Both the position numbers and the translations under genes were made by a program. From positions 1 through 22,251 of the forward strand of contig JBIKLL010000041.1 of the NCBI GenBank assembly GCA_044359815.1: a stretch of 22,251 nucleotides of DNA, in the 5' to 3' direction. Below are positions 1-8,296 of the stretch, piece by piece. A model generated the notes under the pieces. That model did no database searches. It saw only the letters and a program-made list of their open reading frames with translations, and was not told the DNA's origin. Within the stretch, counting starts at the first letter, position 1. The number at the start of each line of letters is the position of its first letter. The stretch comes from Pseudobdellovibrionaceae bacterium. GTDB lineage: Bacteria > Bdellovibrionota > Bdellovibrionia > Bdellovibrionales > Bdellovibrionaceae.

Positions 1-125
1 TGCTCCAGACTTTTGACCTGAGAAAAATCACCTTCACACTTTTCAAGAATCTCGATCATTTGATCAACCAGGTCCTTGGACTCAGCTTGAAAATCACGTA
101 AAATTTCAGGATCTAGTTGCGACAT
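1..125 (-). CDS. Partial (runs off window start) Hpt/CheA-P1-like helical protein
   Basis: Not in the ORF track. Manual translation from ATG at 125 gives MSQLDPEILRDFQAESKDLVDQMIEILEKCEGDFSQVKSLE..., resembling the N-terminal helices of Hpt domains (D-x-E-I-x-x-x-F-x-x-E-S-x-x-L). Confidence 0.6.
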   Translation of the reverse strand, partial: MSQLDPEILRDFQAESKDLVDQMIEILEKCEGDFSQVKSLE

Positions 126-196
126 GAATCAAGAATAGTGATAATAAATAAACTATTCAAGTTATTTTGGCGCAACCTGCAACAAGGACTTAACAA

Positions 197-1129
197 ATGG
201 AATACCTGCCAATCCGGGTGAGTACACTCAGAGGTGATGCTCAAATAAATTTTGATGCCTTTGTTAAAATCAACGAAAAATTTGTTTTGTACATTCGAAA
301 AGGCGACAGCTTCGAAGGCGAACGATTGACTCGATTAAAGGGCAAAAAACTTAAAAAAATGTTTATCGTTCCAGACGAGGAACCAAAATACCGAGATTAT
401 TTGTCAAAAAACATAGAAATGGCCTACGACAAAAATTCTGGCAAGACCGTACAAAATCGCGTCGAGATTGTTCAGGGCATTCAGCAAAACAATGCCGAAG
501 AAGTCATGGAAAATCCTGAAAACGAGCAATCTTATAATACAGCCAAAGACGCCGCTGGCAGATTTGTGAATCTGTTGATTAGCGAACCTGAAGCCTTGGA
601 AAGACTGGCCAAAATTGCCAATGTTGATCAAAACATCGCCCATCATGGAGTGACCGTATCCACTTTGGCTGTGGGTTTAGCAAAAAGATTGGGAGTCAAC
701 GATCCCAAGGTCAATCAAATGATTACAATGGGATCGCTGCTACATGATCTGGATCATTTTCAGACTCAGTTGAACATTGCCAGAAAGACTGCCGATTTCA
801 CACCCGACGAAATGACAATCTATAAAAATCATCCCTTAGCTGCTGCCAGAAAAGTTCAGGATAAAAAACATTTTGATCAACCTGTTATAAATATTATTTT
901 GCAGCACGAAGAATTTATCGACGGCAAGGGATTTCCCCAAGGCCTTAGTGAATCAAAATTGGATCCTAACTCTGTGATCGTGGGGCTATGCAATTGTTTT
1001 GATCGCATGGTGGTTTTTGAGGGAATGAGCCGAGCCGATGCCACTAAAAAATTAATGATCGACAACGTTGGCAAGTACCCGCTGGGACACATCCAACAAT
1101 TGTCTGCCCTGCTTAGTTCAATGAAATAA
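197..1129 (+). CDS. HD-GYP domain protein (degenerate motifs)
   Basis: Motifs HHGVTV, LLHDLDH, KNHP, ILQHEEFIDGKGFPQGL, CNCFDRM; AAGGA RBS upstream at about 184-188. Confidence 0.85.
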   Translation: MEYLPIRVSTLRGDAQINFDAFVKINEKFVLYIRKGDSFEGERLTRLKGKKLKKMFIVPDEEPKYRDYLSKNIEMAYDKNSGKTVQNRVEIVQGIQQNNAEEVMENPENEQSYNTAKDAAGRFVNLLISEPEALERLAKIANVDQNIAHHGVTVSTLAVGLAKRLGVNDPKVNQMITMGSLLHDLDHFQTQLNIARKTADFTPDEMTIYKNHPLAAARKVQDKKHFDQPVINIILQHEEFIDGKGFPQGLSESKLDPNSVIVGLCNCFDRMVVFEGMSRADATKKLMIDNVGKYPLGHIQQLSALLSSMK

Positions 1130-1586
1130 TCCCTTTGGCTACCAATTGGTTAATAATATTTTGATGATTCGCTGGCAATTGAGCAATCATCCCAGCCCAA
1201 AAAGCCGTGTCTGAATCCTTTAGCAAATCAATCACCATGGCCTGTTCAAGACTGATGGGTTCTTCATAAAACTGATTATTGAAATTCCAAAACCCAAAGA
1301 CTCCTGACTTACCTTGAATCTGTTTGGATTTATCAATTTTGAAAACCTGAAAAGTCGGATTTAAAAACTTAAACCCGCCCATAATCTGACTCTGAGTTTG
1401 GAACCTAGAAAAATCGATAAATACAGATTCCACAAGGTCCTCCTGCCAGTTTTGTTTTTTAACCACCAGCGGGATTAAATAATCTGGGGTCGCTTGAGCG
1501 ATTTGTTTTAAGGCCTCGGCCAATCCCCGTTTTTCAATTTCGGGCCAAGAGAATTTTAAAATTTCTTTGAGTCTTGATTCATTCAC
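1113..1586 (-). CDS. Hypothetical protein (start uncertain: GTG 1586 or TTG 1622)
   Basis: Open frame filling the gap between the HD-GYP and creatininase genes; 17-bp convergent overlap with the HD-GYP gene. Confidence 0.65.
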   Translation of the reverse strand: MNESRLKEILKFSWPEIEKRGLAEALKQIAQATPDYLIPLVVKKQNWQEDLVESVFIDFSRFQTQSQIMGGFKFLNPTFQVFKIDKSKQIQGKSGVFGFWNFNNQFYEEPISLEQAMVIDLLKDSDTAFWAGMIAQLPANHQNIINQLVAKGIISLN

Positions 1587-1635
1587 AAATATAAATATTA
1601 AAAGATTTTTAATAAAAACCAAGGACCAATTGAGT

Positions 1636-2358
1636 ATGGAACTTTATTTAAAGACCTGGCCAGAAATAGAAAGCTACCTGAAAACCAACGACAAAATAAT
1701 AGTCCCTGTGGGTTCAACGGAACAACATGGGCCGACGGGATTAATTGGGACAGATTTTCTGACCGCTTGGGAAATTGCAAAAGCCAGCGGCAAGCAATCC
1801 CAAATTATGGTAGCGCCCCCTGTTTGTTATGGCATGGCTCTGCATCACATGGCGTTTCCTGGCAGCGCTGCTTTTAAACCGACGACTTACATCACAGTGA
1901 TCAAAGAAGTTTGCGAATCCTTTTTGCAGCATGGCTTCAGACGATTTGCTTTTGTAAATGGTCACGGCGGCAATATACCTTCATTGACGGCGGCTTTTTC
2001 AGAAATGTTGGACGGAAAGCAAAGTACCGAATTCAAATTGTTTAATTGGTGGCATTTACCAAAGGTCCGAGAATACGAAGAAAAACATTTCGGCTCTAAA
2101 AATGGATTTCACGCCACTTGTGGTGAAATCAGCGTGACCATGCACACTCATCCCGAAGGATATAAAACAGAAAGACCCTTTAGATATTTTGAAAACCCAA
2201 AAACTTATTCCTGGCCAATGAGTCCCACAAAATTTCGGGAAACTTTCGCAGATGGCCGCATGGGGTCAGATCCTTCTGTAGCGACTGCCCATCATGGCAA
2301 AGAACTTTTTAGTTTAGCTGTGCAAGAAATCAGCGATCAGATTAACTCGTGGCATTAA
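1636..2358 (+). CDS. Creatininase/creatinine amidohydrolase family protein
   Basis: Motifs PVGSTEQHGP, NGHGGN, HATCGE. ATG 1636 with upstream AAGGA is preferred over TTG 1567. Confidence 0.9.
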   Translation: MELYLKTWPEIESYLKTNDKIIVPVGSTEQHGPTGLIGTDFLTAWEIAKASGKQSQIMVAPPVCYGMALHHMAFPGSAAFKPTTYITVIKEVCESFLQHGFRRFAFVNGHGGNIPSLTAAFSEMLDGKQSTEFKLFNWWHLPKVREYEEKHFGSKNGFHATCGEISVTMHTHPEGYKTERPFRYFENPKTYSWPMSPTKFRETFADGRMGSDPSVATAHHGKELFSLAVQEISDQINSWH

Positions 2359-2404
2359 TGTTTTGGTTTGACCCCCCTAGGGTCCTTCAATACAGACTGT
2401 TGCG

Positions 2405-2968
2405 ATGTCATTGATTTTAGCGCTTTTTTTATCATTTAACCTGCAGGCAGATTACGTCGATTTTGCAGGGACTTTGCTGAAACAAGATGGCAGAAATTTT
2501 CTGAGGTATGATCATTCGGCAGAACCCGTTGAAATCAGGGGATCAACTGCATTAGTTAATAAAATCATCGGGGCCTTAGGAAATTTTGATTTAGCCTCAG
2601 GCCGTGCCGAGCAAATCACCACTAACATTTGGCTGGTAAATAACATAAATTTTGTAGGGATCAGAAAAATCCTTGGACGATGGGTCAGTATTGGGCCCGA
2701 CAGAATGATTTATGATTTTAGAAATCATTTTGATTTGCGAATCAGTAAGTCGCATCAAAACACCAGCGGATTTAAAACAGGCTTAACCGGTAATCACACT
2801 TATTCCGTGGCTCCGGTGGATGGCAGCTTATACAGGATTTTTATTTCTGATGCTGACAATGTTCTGATCGCAAATTTAGTTTTCAATAAAAACTCAATGA
2901 CAATCGATTTTTTAAACACCACCACCGGAGAAAAAGTCGATTCCCTAACACTGACTCGGATGAAATAG
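2405..2968 (+). CDS. Hypothetical secreted protein
   Basis: 187 aa ORF with signal-peptide-like N-terminus (MSLILALFLSFNLQA-D); 3 bp from the next gene. Confidence 0.75.
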   Translation: MSLILALFLSFNLQADYVDFAGTLLKQDGRNFLRYDHSAEPVEIRGSTALVNKIIGALGNFDLASGRAEQITTNIWLVNNINFVGIRKILGRWVSIGPDRMIYDFRNHFDLRISKSHQNTSGFKTGLTGNHTYSVAPVDGSLYRIFISDADNVLIANLVFNKNSMTIDFLNTTTGEKVDSLTLTRMK

Positions 2969-2971
2969 CTC

Positions 2972-3898
2972 ATGCCACTAAAAGCCATTGATCCCGGATT
3001 GCTTTTTACAAAAAACGAAAAATCAGACATCAGATTAGGTGATCTGACTAAACAGACTGAATTAAAACTGCTACCTAAAAAATCTGACTTAGTTGTTTTG
3101 GGTTACCCTGATGACGAAGGTGTCAAATTAGTGGGTGGCAGACTCGGAGCTGCCGCGGGTCCGGATACAATCAGAAAATATTTCTATAAAATGACCCAAG
3201 GCCTGAGCTCATCCAAAGCTTGGCAGATTTTTGATCTGGGCAATATCGATGTCGGTGAATCACTGCCAAAACGTCACGATCAGGGGCAGTCTGTGGTCCA
3301 CCATCTGTGCGAACGCAATCATTTTTGGATTTCATTGGGCGGAGGCCATGATTATGGCTTTAGCGATTGCAGTGGATTTTTAGCCAGCAAAAAACCCTCT
3401 GCAGCCATCATCAATTTTGACGCCCATTTTGATGTTCGAAGCACAGATAAAGGCCTCAGCAGCGGCACTCCATTTTTTAGAATCCTCAATGAATATTCTG
3501 ATTTTAGTTTTTTTGAAGTTGGCATCCAGCCCCAGTGCAATTCAAAACATCATCTGGAATTTTTAAAATCAAAAAAAGCTCAGGTGTTTTTTTACGATGC
3601 CCCACTGATTAATGTCGTTAAGGCTTTGAAAAAACAAAAGATCAAAAATATTTTTCTGTCCATTGATATAGATTATTTTTCCAGCACCCTGGCTCCGGGC
3701 TGTTCGCAGTCCTGGCCACTGGGTCAAAATGATTTACCTGGTTTTTTGAATTTTTTAAACTCGCTGTTTGCAGAATTTAATATCTGTGGTGCTGGGATAT
3801 ACGAAGTGTCACCCGCTTTAGACGTGCAAGACCAAACCAGCAAATTAGCTGCAGTGCTGATGCATCAGCTTTTGACATTTAAAGCAGCAAACACCTAA
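2972..3898 (+). CDS. hutG: Formimidoylglutamase (arginase/ureohydrolase family)
   Basis: Motifs GYPDDEGV..GGRLGAAAGP, LGGGHDYG, NFDAHFDVR, SSGTPF, SIDID, YEVSP. Confidence 0.85.
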   Translation: MPLKAIDPGLLFTKNEKSDIRLGDLTKQTELKLLPKKSDLVVLGYPDDEGVKLVGGRLGAAAGPDTIRKYFYKMTQGLSSSKAWQIFDLGNIDVGESLPKRHDQGQSVVHHLCERNHFWISLGGGHDYGFSDCSGFLASKKPSAAIINFDAHFDVRSTDKGLSSGTPFFRILNEYSDFSFFEVGIQPQCNSKHHLEFLKSKKAQVFFYDAPLINVVKALKKQKIKNIFLSIDIDYFSSTLAPGCSQSWPLGQNDLPGFLNFLNSLFAEFNICGAGIYEVSPALDVQDQTSKLAAVLMHQLLTFKAANT

Positions 3899-3911
3899 GG
3901 AGCATTTTGAC

Positions 3912-4961
3912 ATGAACCGTGGCTTTGGAAGCGACAATCATTCTGGCACTCATCCGCAATTTTTAAAAGCCATCCAAGAATGCAATGGGGATCACGAGCC
4001 CTCTTACGGGACCGACCAATATTGCATCAAAGCCCAGCAAATGATGTCAGAGCTTTTTGGAAAACCTGTGGAAACCTATTTTGTTTTTAATGGAACAGGA
4101 GCCAATGTTTTTGCCCTTAGGTCTTTTGTGGACAGATTTGAATCCGTTATTTGCGGTGATTATTCTCACCTAAATGTGGACGAATGCGGGGCCGCCGAAG
4201 CCATTGGTGGCTACAAATTGATTCCCCTACCCAGTATCGATGGCAAAATCAGCGTTTCAGATATTGAAAAAGCTATTATCCGCAAAGGCGATCAACATTT
4301 TTCACAAGTGAAAGCTGTCAGCATCACTCAACCCACCGAGGTCGGGACCCTGTACACCCTGGATGAAATCAAACAGATTTCTGATTTGTGCCACCGGCAC
4401 GAAATGTATTTACATGTTGATGGAGCCCGGATTGCCAATGCCGTGGTTTCATTAAAATCTGATTTTAAAGAAACCATCACGGATACGGGTGTAGACGTTT
4501 TATCCTTTGGCGGAACTAAAAATGGTATGTTGTTTGGCGAAGCCGTCGTATTTTTAAACCCGCAGCTGTGTAAAACCGCAAAATTTCACAGAAAGCAATT
4601 GGCACAACTGCCGTCTAAATCCAGATTTATTGCCAATCAGTTTTATCACTATCTGAGCGGACAATTGTGGCAAGAAATCGCTGGGCATTCGCTGTCCATG
4701 GCTCAAAAGCTGGCATCAGCGATAAGCAATTGTCCCCAGGTCAAAATCACTCACCCCGTTCAAAGCAACGGAGTGTTTGCACAAATCCCACAAAAATGGG
4801 TCAAAAAACTGCGGGAAGACTATTTTTTCTATGTTTGGGATGAAAATACCTTTGAATGCCGGCTGATGTGTTCTTGGGATACAACCGCCGCGGACATCCA
4901 AGGTTTTGCATCCGCGCTTAAAAACTTGAGTGAAAATTCAAACGAAAGCTTAAGAGGTTAA
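3912..4961 (+). CDS. ltaE: Low-specificity L-threonine aldolase (PLP-dependent)
   Basis: Motifs FGSDNHSG, FNGTGAN, TQPTEVGTLY, LHVDGARIANA, SFGGTKNG (PLP lysine); AAGGAG RBS. Confidence 0.9.
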   Translation: MNRGFGSDNHSGTHPQFLKAIQECNGDHEPSYGTDQYCIKAQQMMSELFGKPVETYFVFNGTGANVFALRSFVDRFESVICGDYSHLNVDECGAAEAIGGYKLIPLPSIDGKISVSDIEKAIIRKGDQHFSQVKAVSITQPTEVGTLYTLDEIKQISDLCHRHEMYLHVDGARIANAVVSLKSDFKETITDTGVDVLSFGGTKNGMLFGEAVVFLNPQLCKTAKFHRKQLAQLPSKSRFIANQFYHYLSGQLWQEIAGHSLSMAQKLASAISNCPQVKITHPVQSNGVFAQIPQKWVKKLREDYFFYVWDENTFECRLMCSWDTTAADIQGFASALKNLSENSNESLRG

Positions 4962-4963
4962 AC

Positions 4964-6043
4964 ATGAAATACCCACCCGTTGAATATTCAAACTATTTGC
5001 AACTGCAAAATATTTTAAAAAGCCAGTCTCTCAGAAGCGAAGAATTTAAAAAATCCAGCCACGATGAAATGCTGTTTATTATCACCCATCAGACCTATGA
5101 ATTGTGGTTTAAACAGATTTTGTTTGAACTGGATTCTATCATGGAAATTTTTAAACTGAACAGCATCCCTGAAAAAGAAATGGGTCTGGTGGTTTCCAGA
5201 CTGGAACGCGTGGTGCAGATCCAGAAATTTATTAACGGACAGATCGATGTGCTGGAAACCATGACGGCGCTGGATTTTTTAGACTTTCGTGAATTTCTGT
5301 ATCCCGCCAGCGGCTTTCAGAGCTTTCAGTGGCGCTTGATTGAAACTAAATTAGGCCTTCGCAACGAAGACCGGTTGCTGTTTAATGATTCCCCGTTTTA
5401 CAAAGCCCTCAGACCCGAGGATCAAAAACAAATGATGACAGTGTTAAACGAACCCAGTTTGTTTGATCTGTTGGATAAATGGCTTGCCAGAACCCCGTAT
5501 TTAAATTTTAAATCATTTTCGTTTTGGGAAAATTATCAAAAAGTGGTTAAAGAATTTTTTGATCAAGAAATCAAAACCATCGAGGCAATAAGCCATTTGT
5601 CACCGTCTGAAAAATCCAGGACTGTGGCTCAAGTCAAAGCTTCGTTTGATCAGTTTCATTCACTGTTTGACGAAGCGCAATTTACAAAACTGCAGGAACA
5701 GGGCTATTTCAGAATGAGCTCTAAGGCCATACAGGCCGCATTGTTTGTGCAATTGTACCGCGATCAACCAGTGTTTCAGATGCCCTTCAGATTATTGCAG
5801 GGATTAATGAATCTGGATGAACACATGACGACTTGGCGCGACCGTCACGCGCTGATGGCGCACAGAATGATTGGCAAAAAGATCGGGACCTCGGGTTCAA
5901 CAGGACATGATTATTTAAAAGCTACCAGTCAAAAACATAAGGTGTTTCTAGATCTGTTTAACTTAACAACTTTCTTTATACCTAAAAGCTTATTGCCTGA
6001 AATCCCTAGCGAATTGCTAGTTAAAATGAACTTTGTCCAATAG
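4964..6043 (+). CDS. kynA: Tryptophan 2,3-dioxygenase
   Basis: Motifs YSNYLQL, HDEMLFIITHQTYELWFKQI, FLDFREFLYPASGFQSFQWR, WRDRHALMAHRMIGKKIGTSGS. Confidence 0.95.
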   Translation: MKYPPVEYSNYLQLQNILKSQSLRSEEFKKSSHDEMLFIITHQTYELWFKQILFELDSIMEIFKLNSIPEKEMGLVVSRLERVVQIQKFINGQIDVLETMTALDFLDFREFLYPASGFQSFQWRLIETKLGLRNEDRLLFNDSPFYKALRPEDQKQMMTVLNEPSLFDLLDKWLARTPYLNFKSFSFWENYQKVVKEFFDQEIKTIEAISHLSPSEKSRTVAQVKASFDQFHSLFDEAQFTKLQEQGYFRMSSKAIQAALFVQLYRDQPVFQMPFRLLQGLMNLDEHMTTWRDRHALMAHRMIGKKIGTSGSTGHDYLKATSQKHKVFLDLFNLTTFFIPKSLLPEIPSELLVKMNFVQ

Positions 6044-6652
6044 CACTGCCCTGACAGGCGAAGCCTCGGCACCCTTGATGGGTAAAGGCAGAGCGATTAA
6101 AAAATAAACCCCTTCGGGCACCTGGTTTAAAACGATGCCTTCCAAAATCCGCAGGTCGTTTTTATTTATGGCATTATGGGATTCAAGCTCTTTATCATCC
6201 TGAGGATCCATGCTGGGGGTATCAATCCCTATCAGTTTGACCTTTTGACTGGCCAAATACTCGACAGCGCCTGTGGACAAACCACAGAAATCCGCATTCC
6301 ACTGATCAGGGTTCGGGAAACTGTTTGTTTGTATCAAAACCCTGGGTGCGACTATTTTGATATTTTCTAAATGTTTTTTTTCAACCCTTAACCCCTGGGG
6401 CCTGGGGATTTTGATCACTTGGGCGGCACCCATATAGATTTGCAAATCCGCAGATTCAATCGATTGTCCATCCCGGGCATAGTGTGACGGAGCATCCACG
6501 TGCGCACCAATATGAGTGGTGGTCATAAATTTTGTTAGCAGCAGGTTATCACCATTTTTGAAATCCATCACAGTGGTGGGTTCAAAAATCTGGTCACCCG
6601 GAAAAACGCCTAAGCCCTTATGTATGACTGGTGTGATATCGTAAATTTTCAC
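6017..6652 (-). CDS. kynB: Kynurenine formamidase / cyclase family metal hydrolase
   Basis: HIGAHVDAPSH (HxGxHxDAPxH), GIDTPSMD, ILEG, ASPVRAVL; adjacent to kynA. Confidence 0.85.
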   Translation of the reverse strand: MKIYDITPVIHKGLGVFPGDQIFEPTTVMDFKNGDNLLLTKFMTTTHIGAHVDAPSHYARDGQSIESADLQIYMGAAQVIKIPRPQGLRVEKKHLENIKIVAPRVLIQTNSFPNPDQWNADFCGLSTGAVEYLASQKVKLIGIDTPSMDPQDDKELESHNAINKNDLRILEGIVLNQVPEGVYFLIALPLPIKGAEASPVRAVLLDKVHFN

Positions 6653-7131
6653 TTAAGACTTTTGATGTAATTCAAAACCTCGGCGGCATGGCCTTCGGCT
6701 TTTACTTTTCTCCACTCATTCAGCAAAACGCCCTTTTCATCAATAACAAAGGTGCTGCGAACAACGCCCATGACCTTTTTGCCGTACATGTTTTTTTCAT
6801 GGATCACATCAAACATTTTGCATGCGGTTTCTTGCTCATCGCTCAAAAGATCAATTTTGAAATTTTGCTTTTCTTTGAACTTGTTATGAGAATTCATTGA
6901 GTCCCTGGAAATTCCAAAAACCTCGGTGTTGTGTTTTTTAAACTGAGCACTGAGCTTTGAAAATTCCTGCCCCTGGACAGTGCATCCCGGTGTAGAATCT
7001 TTGGGATAAAAATACAGAACGACTTTTTTGCCCAATAAATCCTTAAGCGAAAATTCACTGCCTTCTGTGCTGGGAAGACTCAGGTTTGTAACTTTGCTAC
7101 CAATTTTTAAATTATTTTTTGCCATGGCCAT
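6649..7131 (-). CDS. bcp: Peroxiredoxin, BCP/PrxQ subfamily
   Basis: Motifs VVLYFYPKDSTPGCT, GISRD, RSTFVID; 4-bp overlap with kynB start. Confidence 0.92.
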   Translation of the reverse strand: MAMAKNNLKIGSKVTNLSLPSTEGSEFSLKDLLGKKVVLYFYPKDSTPGCTVQGQEFSKLSAQFKKHNTEVFGISRDSMNSHNKFKEKQNFKIDLLSDEQETACKMFDVIHEKNMYGKKVMGVVRSTFVIDEKGVLLNEWRKVKAEGHAAEVLNYIKSLK

Positions 7132-7138
7132 CAGTCTT

Positions 7139-7208
7139 ATCTGGCGCCTTTAAAAATGTAAACCTTAATAAATAAAATCAAAGGTTTCCATTTTTAAAGG
7201 CGCCAGAT
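7139..7208. repeat. Inverted repeat, 28-bp arms (27/28), 14-nt loop
   Basis: ATCTGGCGCCTTTAAAAATGTAAACCTT (7139-7166) pairs with AAGGTTTCCATTTTTAAAGGCGCCAGAT (7181-7208). Confidence 0.95.
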
Positions 7209-7214
7209 TGGTTT

Positions 7215-8186
7215 TTAATCTCGGTTGGGCAAAGTCGTGCCGGTTAAATTTAATTCTTCGCCAGATTGATCTTCGTTGGATTCTTGTCCGTCAAATTTTG
7301 CGGCCTCACGCAGCTCGGCTTCATGGCGCAGATCTTCCTCGCTGGGACCATCATCACGTCGGACTGGCTGAGTGGTTGTGGTTGTTAAAACTGTAGGCAC
7401 TGTGGGTTTGGCTGAATAATCAGGTATGGGAATTTCCTCTTCGATAATATTAATTTTGCCTTCAAAGGGAACTTTCATCGAAACTTTTTTTATCAGATCC
7501 TGCAAATCCTTGAACACATGAACTTCTGCTTGCAGCATGTTTTGTTGATCTTTGGAATACGTAAACTGCACTAATTCAAAATGCAGATCGGAGCTGATTT
7601 TAGCCCCTAAACCGGCGCATGAAAACCTTTGTATTCTGATTTCAGCATCCACCATATACTGACAGCGAATCATTTTGTTCAAAGTAGTCATCTGAACACC
7701 CTGCACGCTTTTAAATGACCCTGGATAAAATTCGATTTCGATTTCTCCATTTGGTTTTTCTGTATAATTTAAAAACTCAGTACCAGCCCCAGCCACACAG
7801 CCCTCTGCCAAAACTTGAAATTGATAATTATTTAAAGGCACCTGCCTGAGTCTTACTGTTTCGCATTTAGCTTGGGTCAAATCCCCATTGTCTGAATAAA
7901 AAACCCTCATTCGATTGAGAGCGTATTTAAAAATTGAATTTTGCGTGCTGAGTTTACTGCCTGGATTAATTGAAGGCCCCATGGATCTGATGGTTTCACG
8001 ATAAAAATTGTGCGACTGAGTTAAAATTCTGTATAATTTATTGATCTGATTAAAACCGGCATTGCCCGTTGACTGTGATGAAGCCTGATCCACAGTTTTT
8101 ATCTGAAGATCGGATTTTACATACATAAATGCCGTGATGATTGAAAAGGTCAAAAACAGCAATGCAAAAACAAAATACCTCAGCAT
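7215..8186 (-). CDS. Hypothetical protein with N-terminal membrane anchor and acidic low-complexity C-terminus
   Basis: Long ORF. The likely start is ATG 8186 (MLRYFVFALLFLTFSIITAFMYV); the ORF-track start at 8303 overlaps fadD. Confidence 0.8.
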   Translation of the reverse strand: MLRYFVFALLFLTFSIITAFMYVKSDLQIKTVDQASSQSTGNAGFNQINKLYRILTQSHNFYRETIRSMGPSINPGSKLSTQNSIFKYALNRMRVFYSDNGDLTQAKCETVRLRQVPLNNYQFQVLAEGCVAGAGTEFLNYTEKPNGEIEIEFYPGSFKSVQGVQMTTLNKMIRCQYMVDAEIRIQRFSCAGLGAKISSDLHFELVQFTYSKDQQNMLQAEVHVFKDLQDLIKKVSMKVPFEGKINIIEEEIPIPDYSAKPTVPTVLTTTTTQPVRRDDGPSEEDLRHEAELREAAKFDGQESNEDQSGEELNLTGTTLPNRD

Positions 8187-8296
8187 TATATTATTATGCC
8201 TAAGGTCAGAAAATTGATCTATTGGACCAAAGGACAGTAAAAGTTGATTGCAATTTTTAAAGCTCCTCGTATCCTTTAGAAAGCCTAGGAGATCAT

